Source of the DNA: Cenococcum geophilum
Taxonomy: Eukaryota
DNA length: 64,000 nucleotides
Assembly (NCBI GenBank): GCA_050273025.1
Contig: CP158635.1
Location: 12,772,001 to 12,836,000 of the forward strand
Reading direction: 5' to 3'
Within the stretch, counting starts at the first letter, position 1, and every line of letters begins with the position of its first letter. Shown here one piece after another: positions 1-12,400 of the stretch. The notes below the pieces were generated by a model. That model did no database searches. It saw only the letters and a list, made by a program, of their open reading frames with translations, and was not told the DNA's origin. Both the position numbers and the translations under genes were made by a program.

Positions 1-1445
1 ATTAATTTAAGAATACTAAAGTCTGGCGAGACACCAGGGAGTGTAATAAGAGATACTCCATTATCCTTTGCCCACTTAATTATTGCTTTACTTATATAGG
101 CTAAATCGGCGTTATAGTAGAGGGTAAGACCGTAATCTAGAAGCTCGTCTTGGAGGGAAAAGAGGACTACTTTAGTATATACTTCTGTAGTCATCTTCCC
201 TACTAAATTAGGCACTTCGTACGGTATAACCTTCCGCTAATTATAGCCTATTATAACGCCAATATTTAGAAGCTTAAGGTGTTCTTTCTCTTAAGCCTTT
301 GCTTTTATATCCTTCGTAGTAACCTTCTTCCGGTGTATATTAGAGGGTTTATATTAATACTCCTTCCCCTCAGCGTGGTCGATTAAGCGGCCAGTCCGTA
401 GACTAACCGTCACCCGATTGATCGCCCAAATTTTAGCTGCCCAATCCAGTCAGTCCATGAAGTTATCCGTCTTAATCCGGACTGGATCCGACTGATAGAG
501 CTCTTAGTACCCCTGGATACGCGTAAAAGAGGGGTAGATAGACGCGTTCGCGTTGTTTTTGGTCCGTGCATGGTCCGTGCATTCACTATTTCCCCCTAAA
601 TTCCCCCTAAACTATGCCTAAAAAGGCTTAAAACTAAGCTATGCTGCCCTGTCCGCCGTCTGTAGACGTTTGCAATCGGGCCTTATTGATCAGGCCAATC
701 CGGCCGCTCTAATTAAGAGGCCAATCTGGCCGTCTGAACCTTAACGATCCAGACGTCGGGCAACTAACCACGCTGACTTCCCCTACTTCCCTCTTATACG
801 CTTTGTTATTTAAGGACCAATACCAAAGTGAAACTCGTCGTAAAAGGCTACGTCTTTTTAGTTAAGGGAGTGTGGTCGAAGAGGGAGTTGTATATTAATC
901 TAATTTGTCCGTGAAGTAGCTTATGCCTTTATTAACTCCTTCTCCTCCTTATAAACGCAGTTTATAATCCCTTTATCGTCTTAGTAAGCTCGTTAAATTG
1001 CTTTAGGATCGATTATACGGTAGCCTGGCGTTTTAAAGTGGTAGGTTTAAGGTAAGACTACGCCGGAAGCTTCTGCAATATCTGTCTAAGGCTTGCCCTT
1101 GTTATCAAGTAGGACTAAATCATCGTTAAGGTAATTGGCGATTGCAGCTGTCTTTGTTCGTGTAATCAATCTCTTTCTCCCTCGCGGATCTAGGCTAAAA
1201 TCAGGTATACTGTAAAGCGTTCTAGGTTGCTTTAAGGCTAGGATTCGAGACTGAGTACGTGGTGGAACGCCGGTAACCTTGTGGACGAGCTCTTGTGGAA
1301 TAGGAATACAAAGCTCTTATGAAAGTAGCTTTACGGCGAGTACTGGAGAGCGTTATAGTGTTTTAACTTGACTATCTAGTTGCAAGAACTCAATTGGAGG
1401 TGTAAGATAGCGCGCGCGAGACCTGCGGGTCCTAATTGGAGGCAT
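1..1445 (-). pseudogene. DD34E transposase pseudogene, interrupted by a ~405-bp insertion
   Basis: Hand translation MPPIRTRRSRAR...DVAFYDEFHFG...LYYNADLAY...LPGVSPDFSILK. There are 34 residues between the second catalytic position (N, from D) and the last (K, from E). Stops are RIP-type. The frame is continuous once 371-784 is removed. Confidence 0.85.
371..775. mobile_element. Non-autonomous hAT-like MITE
   Basis: TIR CAGCGTGGT (371-379) / ACCACGCTG (767-775). CTTCCCCT is duplicated at 363-370 and 777-784. Internal short tandem repeats (TGGTCCGTGCA x2, TTCCCCCTAAA x2). Removal restores the host transposase frame. Confidence 0.8.
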
Positions 1446-1697
1446 TGGTGCATGTAGTTGATAAATTAGTTGGTTTATTTACATGTAAACAGACGGTTTT
1501 TGGTAGTTGCGCACGTGCTAAATTTCGGCCACTTATTTTGGCGACGTAGAGGCTGCTCATGCCCGGACGGCGGTTTCAGAGTCACTGTTCCACATGCAAC
1601 GGATATTCGGGGCATGTCGAGGTGGAGAACCATAGTGACGGTTTCTCTGGCCGAGAAAATCGTGAGACACCTGGCGGCGCGCCTTGCGGGCAGCTTA

Positions 1698-1854
1698 CAG
1701 TCGCTTCAGAAAAGGATGGGTTTATGTCAGAAACCATGATCTAGTACAGAAATTTACCGAATCCTCACCTGTTTAAACCACTTTTCTGTACCCACGCATG
1801 ATACCACCTATCCTCCATACCAACACATCGCCGTTGCCTATTTTTTGAAGCTAT
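1698..1854 (+). repeat. Left TIR (157 bp) of Tc1 element #2
   Basis: Reverse complement of 17463-17619; CAGT start with TA flank. Confidence 0.92.
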
Positions 1855-1890
1855 TTAAAGCCTATATTTTTTCCTATTATAGTTAGCGCT

Positions 1891-3510
1891 ATGGTATATA
1901 GGAGGAGAGCTAAAGCACCTAAGAATACTGCAAAGAATACTTCTAAAGCGCCTTAAGAAGTAGACCTTACCGTTAAATCTGCACTAATACCTCCTACTAC
2001 TGTAGAACAGTCCAAAAGCTCTTAAACCTTTTTTTTAAATATGGCCGTGTACGCTAATAGTATAATGCTATTTACTAACGTTCTACCTATCTTATTTAGA
2101 GTCTTTAAATTCTAAGAGTTTGTCGCCGAAAATACGCGTTAAGCCAGCAAATATTACGGCCTTCGTCCTTTCTAGCTTAATTAATTAACTGCTGTTATTA
2201 CATTAAGTTTAAAGGATCCTATAATACCTAAAGAAGTTAACAATGTAGATAAATGGCGTAAAGTAGAGGGAATAATAGAGACACAATTAAAGTACGCGAG
2301 GAAGGCTTTTTGGGTTAATCTTACAGTTAGATATAAGACCGCTACTACGCCTCTTAACGCGTCTACTAAAGCTAAAGATGCTAAAATTACTACGGCTGTT
2401 AATACGCGTATTAAGGCAGCGCTTTAAGCGGTAGGTCTTTTAACTAAAGTAGCGGCTAGTAAAAAAGTAGGGTCCTCTAGTAAGAATTAGAAAGGTATAG
2501 TAGAGGAAGTTATTAGTAAAAAGAAGAGATTAACTACTACTAAAATGTAGAAAGAGGCTGCTAAATGACGTAATTATACAGAAGCTAAAGGCAAGCATTT
2601 ATACCCGCTACTTAAACATTATCGCTGCCTTTAACAGCACTGTAAGAATAAAAAGCACGGCGTTATATACTGTCTTAAATTTAAATTAAAGCACTACCCA
2701 TTACAAGCTTACTACTAGGCGTGCTAGTTAGAAGTAATTAAACAGAAAAGAGCTACGCTTAATATACTAGATCTACTACTACTGTTAAAGATTAGGTATA
2801 GTAAATGTATATAGGATAGGGAAGATAAAAAAGATATAAAGTCGGATAGCTATAAGTACCGTTAAGGTAACTCTAGTAGCATAAATAAATTAATAAGCTC
2901 CCCCCTAAGATGATAGTAGCGACAAGGAGAGGCTTATACTATAGTTATACAATTACTAGCCAATCCTATTCCGCAGTAAGACTAATTAGTAGCGGTAACA
3001 GTTTTAATAAACTAGATATAGTAGTAGAACTAGTAGATAATACAATAGATACAAAATGCTATATAGGCAGCGCTACCTCCCGTACAACCAACTATCGCCA
3101 ATAGTTATTTTATAGTGGATCCTACACCGAATACAAGATCCTTATTAGTGCCGTTATTACAAAGCGCTCTATTAGTTCTAGCTTTATCCTCTAAAACACC
3201 TACCTATTACTATCCACCCCTAACTATACCTATAAGCCTACTACCTAGTAGCCCCGCCCGTAGCGATATTAAATAATTAAATAGTAAGCTTAGCGCCTTT
3301 ACTAAATAGTTATAAAGCTATTACCCAGTTATTATTAACGCCTTTACTAAAGCGGAGTTAATTTTAATTAAGGAGGACTACAACTTTAAGTTACTTAAGT
3401 ATGCGCTACTTAATAGTGGTATGGGCTATATAAAGCTATATAGGATTGGTTTAATATATAGGCTTATTAATTGCATAGTAAACTGCTTAGAAGACTTTAA
3501 AATAGATTAG
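1891..3510 (+). pseudogene. RIP-decayed ~540-codon second ORF of Tc1 element #2, unknown function
   Basis: Single frame from ATG 1891 broken only by TAA/TAG/TGA compatible with C>T or G>A. Contains HYRCL*QHCKN...YCLKFKLKHYPL (Cys/His cluster, ~2620-2703), an inferred Gln/Met-rich tract (~3000-3070), a Pro/Ser-rich linker and a helical-looking C-terminus after SSPARSD. Confidence 0.65.
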
Positions 3511-3609
3511 TGACGTTATAATACTATAGTAAAGGCTTTACTTAACGTCTTAATTAGTAAGTACCCTATATAGATATATTATAAAAGACCAGACCTTAAC
3601 CTTTTTATA

Positions 3610-4071
3610 CTACCTCTTAATTCCTACCCGTAAGAAATAGCCTTTTGCCCTCTTATTAAACCCTTATTACTCTACTGCGTGGCTTAAAAAGTTACTAAAG
3701 TTATTCTATAGTTCAGCTTTAAATCAATAAGTACGCAGCCACTGCTTTAAGTCGTAAAAAGAAGCTTTAATTGGATTAAAATTGGGTAAGTAAGGAGGAA
3801 AATATTTAACCCTAACACTAGTAGCATTATAGAGGCGTTAAACTTCCTAGGTTTAAGTAAACAATAGTATTAAATACCTATCCTTTATAGACACTACATA
3901 CCTTATTGCGATAGATTAATATATTATCTATTACTAGAACTAAACGAGGCTATAAATAAGGCTATATACGAGTAAGAACCTCGTTTTTTATCCACTTAAT
4001 AAACATTAGCCCGTTAACAGCGCCCTAGTATATTAACTAGCCAGGCATATAGCCCTAATAGGTATACGCTG
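3610..4071 (-). pseudogene. 3' part of DD34E transposase of Tc1 element #2
   Basis: PAYT...GAVNG...RLVLVIDNILIYRNK, then intron 3901-3847 (GTATGT..TAG), then EV*RLY...YFPPYLPNFNPIK. D-to-E spacing is 34 after splicing. The 3' end is approximate. Confidence 0.85.
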
Positions 4072-4272
4072 TGTTAGCGACTCAGTTAATCGAGGCACAA
4101 GCACGGCAAGAGGGACGCGCAAGCCTGTATGATTGGTAGTCTATAAACGAAGATCTAAAGCTAGAGAAAGGAAAGGAGAAGAAGAGCAGCGCCAGTCGAA
4201 GTAGGGTTCTTTTATACGGTCCTCTAGTCACGTAACCGCGAAGTTCTACCAAGTTCTACCAGTGCCGTAACA
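4072..4272 (-). repeat. 3' LTR of element A
   Basis: TG...CA ends; direct repeat of 16642-16842. Confidence 0.93.
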
Positions 4273-7200
4273 TTACCCCCCCCTCCGCAAAAGCCTACCC
4301 TTAGGCTTTATAGTCCGTATTATGCTTATAGGGCGTTCTTATCTTTATGTTCTTCCGGTAGCTTATCGTCTTCGCTATACTAGCACTCTATTTACTCGTC
4401 TAGGTACTTTAAGGGTCCTGGTTTATTAGGGTAGCGGTTATAGAATTCTTAAAGCTTATAGGGACTACTAATAAAGTTCCATACTGGGTACTAGGTAGGA
4501 TCTAGGTCATAGCCTTTCCAACTAACGCAGTACTTTAGCGTTTTCCTTACTAGTTTATAGGCTAGTACTTCTTTAATTTCCTATTTATTGTCGCCATTAA
4601 CTTAAATCGGTAGGGGAGGTTTGTTCTTTTATCTAGGCAATAGGTCATTTATAGCTTTCCGTAGCTTATCTAGTGAGAAAACGGGGTAAACCTTAATTAA
4701 ATCCGGGAGCTTTACTTTATATAAGTTACCTATCTTCTTAAGGACCTTATATAGTCCCGCCATCTAATAGTCTAGCTTACGGCTAGGCCGTTCCGTCTTC
4801 CAGTTCTTTATTATAACCTAGACTATATCGCCTATAGTAAAGTCGGGTTCGCGCCTATACTTATTTGCCTACTGTTCCATTAATTTCTAGGCCTTTTCTA
4901 GATTTATACAGGCTACCGTCTAGGCTTCCTCTAAGCGCTTAGCGTACTGCTAGGCTTCCTTATAAGACAGTTTCTCGCATACGGTCCGTAGTCCTTTTGG
5001 TCTATCCCAGTCAAAGCTTATTTAGAGTAAATACCCTATTTCTAGTTAGATAGGTGCAAATCCTATAGAGTTATAGGGTAAGGTCGCCTGGGCGTAGTCC
5101 ATTAGGGGTAGCAGTTCGCCCTAGTTGTCCTAAAAGTAGTTAACAAAAGGCCGAAGTCTCTAATCTAAATATTAATTCACAATCTCCATCTGGCCGTCTG
5201 TCTAGGGGTAGTATACTATAAAGAGCTTTAGCCTAATACCTAGGATCCGGGTAAACTCGTTCTAGAAGGCCGATATAAATTACGGGCCGTAATTGGATAC
5301 AATAGTATCTAGTGGTCTATAAATGCGGTAGACGTAGTAGATATACAGTCAGGCCGCCTCCTTGGCATTAATATTCTTATAATAGGGAATTAAGAACGGG
5401 CGCTTGCTAAAGCGGTTAACTAGAATTATAACCATATCATATCCGTCGCGGTCTATTAGTAGCTTATAGAAGTCTATAGAGATATGCTGCCAAGGGCAGT
5501 CGGGTATTAGAAGAGGTTTCAATAGTCCTAGGGTCTTATCTCGTAGAATTATAGATCTACGGTAGCTGTCGCAGTTCTATACATAACAGTTAATATCTAT
5601 AACTATTCCAGGCTAGTAGTAGCAGTCACCAATAATCTTACAAGTCTTATTTTTTCTAGGGTAGGCCGTAGAGACCTAGGCATAAGCTTTAACAATAAGC
5701 CAGGTCTATAAGTTCTATTCCTTAGCTACTACTAGCCGTTCCTAGTACTTAAGTAGTCCGTTTTTAAGGGACCATAGGCTAGCAACGTTCTTTACCTTTT
5801 TACAGTATTCCTATAGAGAGGGGGTCGTTTAGTTGGCCTATAGTAGTTTATTAATAAGGTTAAGTTCGGAGGAGTTAATAGGACATATCTTGGCGCCCGA
5901 GAAGTCCGTGCTTAGTTCTGCCCGTATCTAGGGGTTAAGGTATTCTAGTTATAGTAGCGTCTAGGTCTATAGTAAGATCTTCGCAGCTGTCTAGTTATCT
6001 AGGTCTTACTTACGCCTTATAAAAGCGTCTGTATAGTTTATAGCACCTAGTCTATATATAATTAAAAAGTTAAACTAAGATAGGGTATCCGCCTAGCGTG
6101 CCTACCGGGCCGTAAGGGCCTTAGTTATTATAAAGTATTTTAGGGCCTTATGATTTAAAACTACCTTAATCGGCTTAGGGGTCCCCTCTAGCTATACACG
6201 CCAGTACTAAAAGCTAGAGATAATAGCCAGCATTTTTTTGTTATAGATATGGTAATTTAGCTCAGCATCTATTATAGTCTTTAAATAGTATATAATAGGG
6301 TGCCACTCTCCGTCCGGTTGCTTCTAGGAAAAAACACTAGCTATCGCGCCATTTAAGGCATTAGTTTCTAGTATTAAGGGCCGTTCCAGGTTAAAATAGG
6401 TAAATAGGGGAGCCAATACCAGCCGTTTCTTAAGCTTATTAAAGGCCTGCCTATATATAGCGTTAAAGTAAAAGGGCTAGTCTTTTCTAGTAAGACGGTT
6501 AAGAGGCCAGGTAATCCTACTATAGTTCTTAATAAAGTATTAGTAGAAGTTACAAAACCTTAAAAAGGATTGTACCCCCTTTACGGTCCGTAGGGGTGCC
6601 TACTAGTTAATTACGGCCGTTTTCTCTAGGTCGGTTTTAATTCCGTCCATACTAATAATAAAACCTAGGTACTTTATACGCTTAACACTAAACTCTAACT
6701 TCTTAATGTTAACCTAGAGGCTAGCCTTATAGAGCCGTTATAGGACTTTATAGACGTACTCCTCGTGTTCTAGCTCATTCTTAAAGTAGATTATAATATT
6801 ATCCAAATAGGCCGTATAGAAATCGTCAAGGTAGTTAAAGAGTATATCGTTTATATACCGCTAGTACGTAGCTAGTCCGTTAGTCAGTCTAAAAGGGAGT
6901 ACTTTATATTTATACGTTCCGTAATAGGTCCAAAATATAGTAAGATCTTTAAACCTAGGGTCTATCCTAATTCGGTAGAAGGCCTAGCGGATATTAAGCT
7001 TTATAAAGACCTTAGCTCTACTTATTTAGGCTAGAGTCTTATTAAGTAGGGGTAGCGGATAGCAATCCTTGCGGGTTATATTATTTAGCTTATAGTAGTT
7101 AATGCAGAAGCGGAGTCCTCTATTTAGCTTTTTAATAAAGAGAATAGGTAAGGTAAAAGAGGCTTAGCTAGGCTTAATAAAGCCCTTATTTAGGTTATTA

Positions 7201-9257
7201 ATAAGATACTACTTTATAGCCTATAATTCGGTAATAAACTACTTATAAAGGGGGCTAAAGCTAAGGGTGTTTTCTTTACCCTACTTAATCTCAATCTTGT
7301 AGTTATACGGTTAGTAAGGTAGAAGTATATTAAACGCTGCTTTAAAGAATACGTCCTTAAATTTCTGGTATTAATAGGGTAGCTTTTATTCTACTAGTTC
7401 CTCATCTATAAGCTCACTTTCTTATCCACTAAGCTCGTTTCCCTTTTCCTTAATTATTTAATTAATTTTATATAAGCTTGTCGTAAAGGCGATAGTATTA
7501 GGCTAAACTAAGTTCTGGTAGAATCCTACAGCACTAATATAGTAGACATTAACTGGTAGAAGGTCCGCTAGTTTCCTTATAGCCGTTTTCCAAACCGTAT
7601 TTTACGGTCTAGGGTTTATAATCTTTCTTAGCTCCTATTCCATCTTCCGTAGGTTATCCCTCCAATCTATTAGTTTAGTATAACGTCTAACATCCCTTAC
7701 TGTTCTTTATAGCTATATAGGGCCTAAGCTCTCCATAGGGGGCTTTTTTAGGTTACTACTAACTTCCTAGGTCTTTAATGCGGGTGGTGTAATATAGGTA
7801 GTTTAGGGGCAATATAGTATACGGATCCGTTGCAAATTAAGTTATATATCTTCCTTAAAGGCCTAGTCCCTACGCATAGTATTAGCTTAGTAAATAGTAT
7901 TAATCTAGGGCCGTATAAGGTTTTCTATTATAATGCTGATTTCTTTTATAAAGGAAGGGGTTAAGGGTAGGGTTTTAGGCCAGGTAAGCCGTCTACTCTA
8001 TATATTAAGCTATAAGCCTAAATAGGCTAGCCATTTTCGCCCTAAGATTATATTATAGCTACCTAGGTCCGTAATAAGGAAGGGGGTATTATACTACCTT
8101 CGTCCGTTAATACGGAGGTAAATCCGCAAGATAGTTGTAATAGGTAGTCCTATCTACCCATTATACCCGTAAATAGGAATTAGTTTAGGCAGTTCTTTAA
8201 TAGGTGCATTTAGAAAGTTAGCCAGCTTTACGGCACACTAGGTGTTTATTAAGGCAAAGGTATTTACTCTAGAGTTAGCTAAAGTAGAGGTTAAAACTTA
8301 GTATTTATTGCGGAATAAAGTATAAGGGATAGTGTAGCTTCTTCTACCAACTAGCTAACCTAGATTAACATCTGACATATTAATCCCTTTTAACCCTAGA
8401 GAGGAGTCTTCCTCTAGGGTTCCTCTTTTTCCAACTCTATACTATCCTTCTAGATTAATAGAACCTTGTCTACTTTCGCGTTTATTAGGTAATCCTTTAT
8501 ATAGTAACCTTTCTATCCGTAAGAGAAGCAAGCTCCTTAATTACTAAGGGCCTATATATAGGGGTTGCTATATATAGGCCAAGCATTCGCCAGACCTATA
8601 GCAGGGCTAGCTATACGGCTAGCTGCTAAATTAGCGGTAGGCTATACGGGTAGTGCTGTAGGGGTTACTAATCGTACTAGGGCATTACGGGCCGTTCTTA
8701 TATTGCTTATAGTCTGATTTAAAGGGTTTTTAGCTTTGTACTATTTGGCGCGTGCCTTAATTTAGCAAAGGCCTTAGTTAATAGCTAAGCACTAGTCTAT
8801 AAGTTCCTTTAGCGTCTATATAGTAGTAAAAACTAGTAGTACGGCTCGCTATAGGTCTAGGGTAAGCTTATTAAATAGGTCTAGTATTAAATCTTCCTAG
8901 GGAATTTAAGCCTAGCCGGCTAGGTGCAGAAAGCGGGTCTAAAAGGCCGAGAAGGTCTTTGTTATTTTTATATTTAGGCTTTTATAATTAAGTTAGGCGT
9001 TTTATACTTTAAAGGGGTCCTTATAAATAGAAGACAGGTAGACAATTATCTCTTCTTTAGAGAGGAAGGGCTTTGTTAAGTCCTGTACATACCGCGGACA
9101 TAGGTGCGTCTATACGTCCCCGCCAGTACAGCCGAAGACGTAGGCCATTTTAGCCTAAGTAGTAGGGAAGTAGTCCGCATTAACTTCAAGCTTATCCTAT
9201 AATTAAAGCTTCCAATTATTAAATATAGGGTCAGTTCTGTCTATAAGTAATAGGGGG

Positions 9258-9444
9258 TATTACGGCACTGACCTGACGCATACTGTTTTATACTATCTTA
9301 TACTGTTCCCTACTATTAGCTAGCCTACTACTAGCGACTTGGCGGCCGGCCCTACTATTTATATACAATACCCCCTTTCCACCTTCTTCCCCTCTTTATA
9401 CCACAACGTAGTTATTTAGTCTACTTTATTGCAGCACTGTAACA
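9258..9444 (+). repeat. 5' LTR of element B
   Basis: Direct repeat of 15986-16172. Confidence 0.92.
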
Positions 9445-12400
9445 GTTTATGGTATCTTTAATTTGCGCCCCGTCGCGATTACTAATTCCCTATACTTTAG
9501 CTAATTAACCTTCGCCCTAGAGCAATCGCAACCTATATACGCCTTTGCTGAAACTAATACGTCCCTAGCATAGTCCTAGAATAATCCTTAGTTTTTACCT
9601 AGCGCCTAGATGGGCAATACTAATGACGCCAAAATGGCCGAAATCTAGAACCCCCGTGATGTTTTTATAGACCTATTTATAGAGATATACCCCAATATCG
9701 CGTAAACAATCCGCTGCTCCCTACTATACCCTAAGACCTTTAAGCCTAGTAAAGCTTACCTTACCCTTATTAACTATACTAATAAGTTCCTTAACAACAT
9801 TAAAGTAGGACTATAGTATATATATAACATAAACACCGCTAATAAGAAAGCTAATAAAAACCTTAGTGCCCTTATCGCTTCCTAGATAGGAACTATTAAC
9901 TCCTAAGTAAAGACTATTACCATTCTAAAATAATTAACCCCTATAATAACGGTAGTAACCTAGCAGAAAAAACGGAGATCTAAAGACCCGCTAATATTTA
10001 GCGGAAAAGGTACCCCGCTAGAACAATAAGCTAATTTTAAGACTTGGTATATTAAGATTAAGGGAGTCTTCAACTAGAACTGGGACTACTTTAATATAGT
10101 TTAGTCCCAGATCCTTTACATCTTAGATATACTAGAGAATAAGGCCTATAAGTTTATTAAGTAGGGCCTAGAGCTTATATATAAGAACCCAAATAATATA
10201 TTTACGTGGAAATGGCCTACTAAGGAAGATATGCTTAAAGACCTTACTGCCTATTATAAGGTCCTTAATATAACCTAGGTTATAAAGAATAAGCTTAACC
10301 ATTTCCCCTAAGGCGAGCGTAATTACTAGTCCTAGAAGGGAGAGCTTAATAAGCTAATAGTCTGCGCTAAGAAGATAGACGAATAGAAGGTAGACCTACT
10401 CTAAAAGTTTATCTCTCTAAAGATAGAAGAGCTAGTACTTAGACTGGCCCACAAAATTAATAATAGCGACTATATAGGTTAGAGCAAGTAGATAGATATA
10501 TTCGCTAAAAACCTCGCGAACTATGTATACTAAGCTAACCTTAAAAAGAACGCTAACTACCGCCTACCTACCTAAGCCCCTACCCCTATGTTAACCCCAA
10601 CCCTAGTAGTAATTAGAGAACCTATAGACCTTAATGGAATTTTAGATACGGAGTATAAGCGCTATATTAATAATAGACTATGCCTTGCCTGTGGCCTACC
10701 TGGCCACTAAAAGGATACCTATAACCCCGCTAAGATAGTAAACCTAGTCCTAATGCTACCCCGTTAAATAATGCGAATAAATAACCGCGGATGCGGCGAC
10801 TATAAAGTCTATTATAAACGCGGCAACCACGGAGCCTATTATAGCCGCGGTAGACGACCCCCCCCCTTTAACTTTATAGCTTAGTTACTTTAAACCATAC
10901 CCTATATAGGAGCCCAACCTGTTAACAACGCCTAGTATTAGCAACTTCGCGCTAGCGAATATAAATACGGCCACATTATTAGCGAGGTATTATTTTCCTA
11001 TACCCTAACCAAAATAGAGATAGACACCGCCAGCTAGACGGACACTGGACCGCCCCGCTAAAACAGCCCTATACCCTAGTCATTAAAAGGTAAACCCTTA
11101 AACTAAGTCGCGCCTAAGGGTCTAAACTATATAAGGAGGAAGACGAGAAGATTAGGTCCCTATTACTAGATTAATTAGTTCTTTCTATTAGTAAACTGCT
11201 ACTTAATCTTAGATTAGCAAATAGTAATAAGAAATTAATCCTTATTTAAACCTAACTCTCCTTATTATATAACCTATACCCCTAAGTTTATATTAATATA
11301 GTAAGCCTAGTAGACTCTAGTAGTACTATAATAGCATTTGCTGATATAAAGTCTATTATAAGAAAGTATAACGTTATAATTAAGAAGCTGCTAGTACCTA
11401 GGCTACTACGCCTTATAAACAGTATTTTAACTTCGCTTATTACAGACTACTTTACCGCCTAAATATTAATCGGCCTCTATACTAAAGCTATACTCTTTTT
11501 CATTACTAAACTCTTGCCTACTACCCTAATTATCCTAAGTATACCCTAGCTTTAGAAGTACAAGCCCTATCCTAGCTTTAGGAAACTTAAGATTCGCTTT
11601 AACTTAGACTACTACTTTAGGCACTACCTCCTATAGGGGATAGCCGACGTTAACAGGGACGCCCTATATAGACACTCAGCACTACTAAGCCTAGTGCCTA
11701 GGACTATATACAAAGTCCTAATAATAAAAGACGTTCCTAATAAAGGGGAGCCTATATAGCTGTAAAGAAACAAGATAGTAGAAGACTAGACTAACCTAGC
11801 ACTTAAAACTAAAATAATAGGCTAGCTAGCCCTGCTAAGACTAAGGAAGAAGGTCCGCTTTGCGCTACTACTACTAAGAAACTAACCCTAACCTAGGCAC
11901 TATTTAAACCCCAGCCGCTTAGCCTAACACCCGGAACTAAGCTATATGCTATATACGCATACTATAGCTTACGTTATAGTAAGGACTGGCTATAGAACTA
12001 CTGAGACCCGGATAATAGAAACTGCGCTACCGTAACGCTTAACCTTACACCTATCTCCCGCGCGTACTATATAGGGCCGCCGCCTCGTTTCTGCCCCCTT
12101 AGGCCGACTAAGCCGTGCTAGCCTAGCCGTAGCACTAGAGAGCCAGATATACCCTAACCTAGATAATATTAAATACACCCGTGCTATTAATTTTACCTAG
12201 TTTTATAAATAAAAAGACGTAAAGGTAATAAGGATCTATATAGCGGAGCTAGTAGAACTAGTTAAATAAGATAAGTACCAACAGCTACTTAAAGAGCTGC
12301 CTATAGGCCTAATAGAAGTACTAAACCTATTAGAAAGGTCTTTCTACCGGCTAGTGGAAGGCGACTATATAATAAAGAAAGCCTATAAAGCGCTCCCCCC

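Larger units (their letters stand above)
1..1546 (-). mobile_element. Tc1/IS630-type DNA transposon #1 (RIP-decayed, runs off left edge of window)
   Basis: Minus-strand transposase frame from ATG 1445. Putative terminus ...CCACTTATTTTGGCGACG at 1546 followed by TA (1547-1548). The partner TIR is outside the window, so this boundary is inferred. Confidence 0.75.

Noticed and set aside
1470..1744. ORF-track entries 1470..1739 and 1559..1744
   Set aside because: They run across transposon termini into a TIR and have no recognisable motif; chance ORFs in GC-richer DNA.
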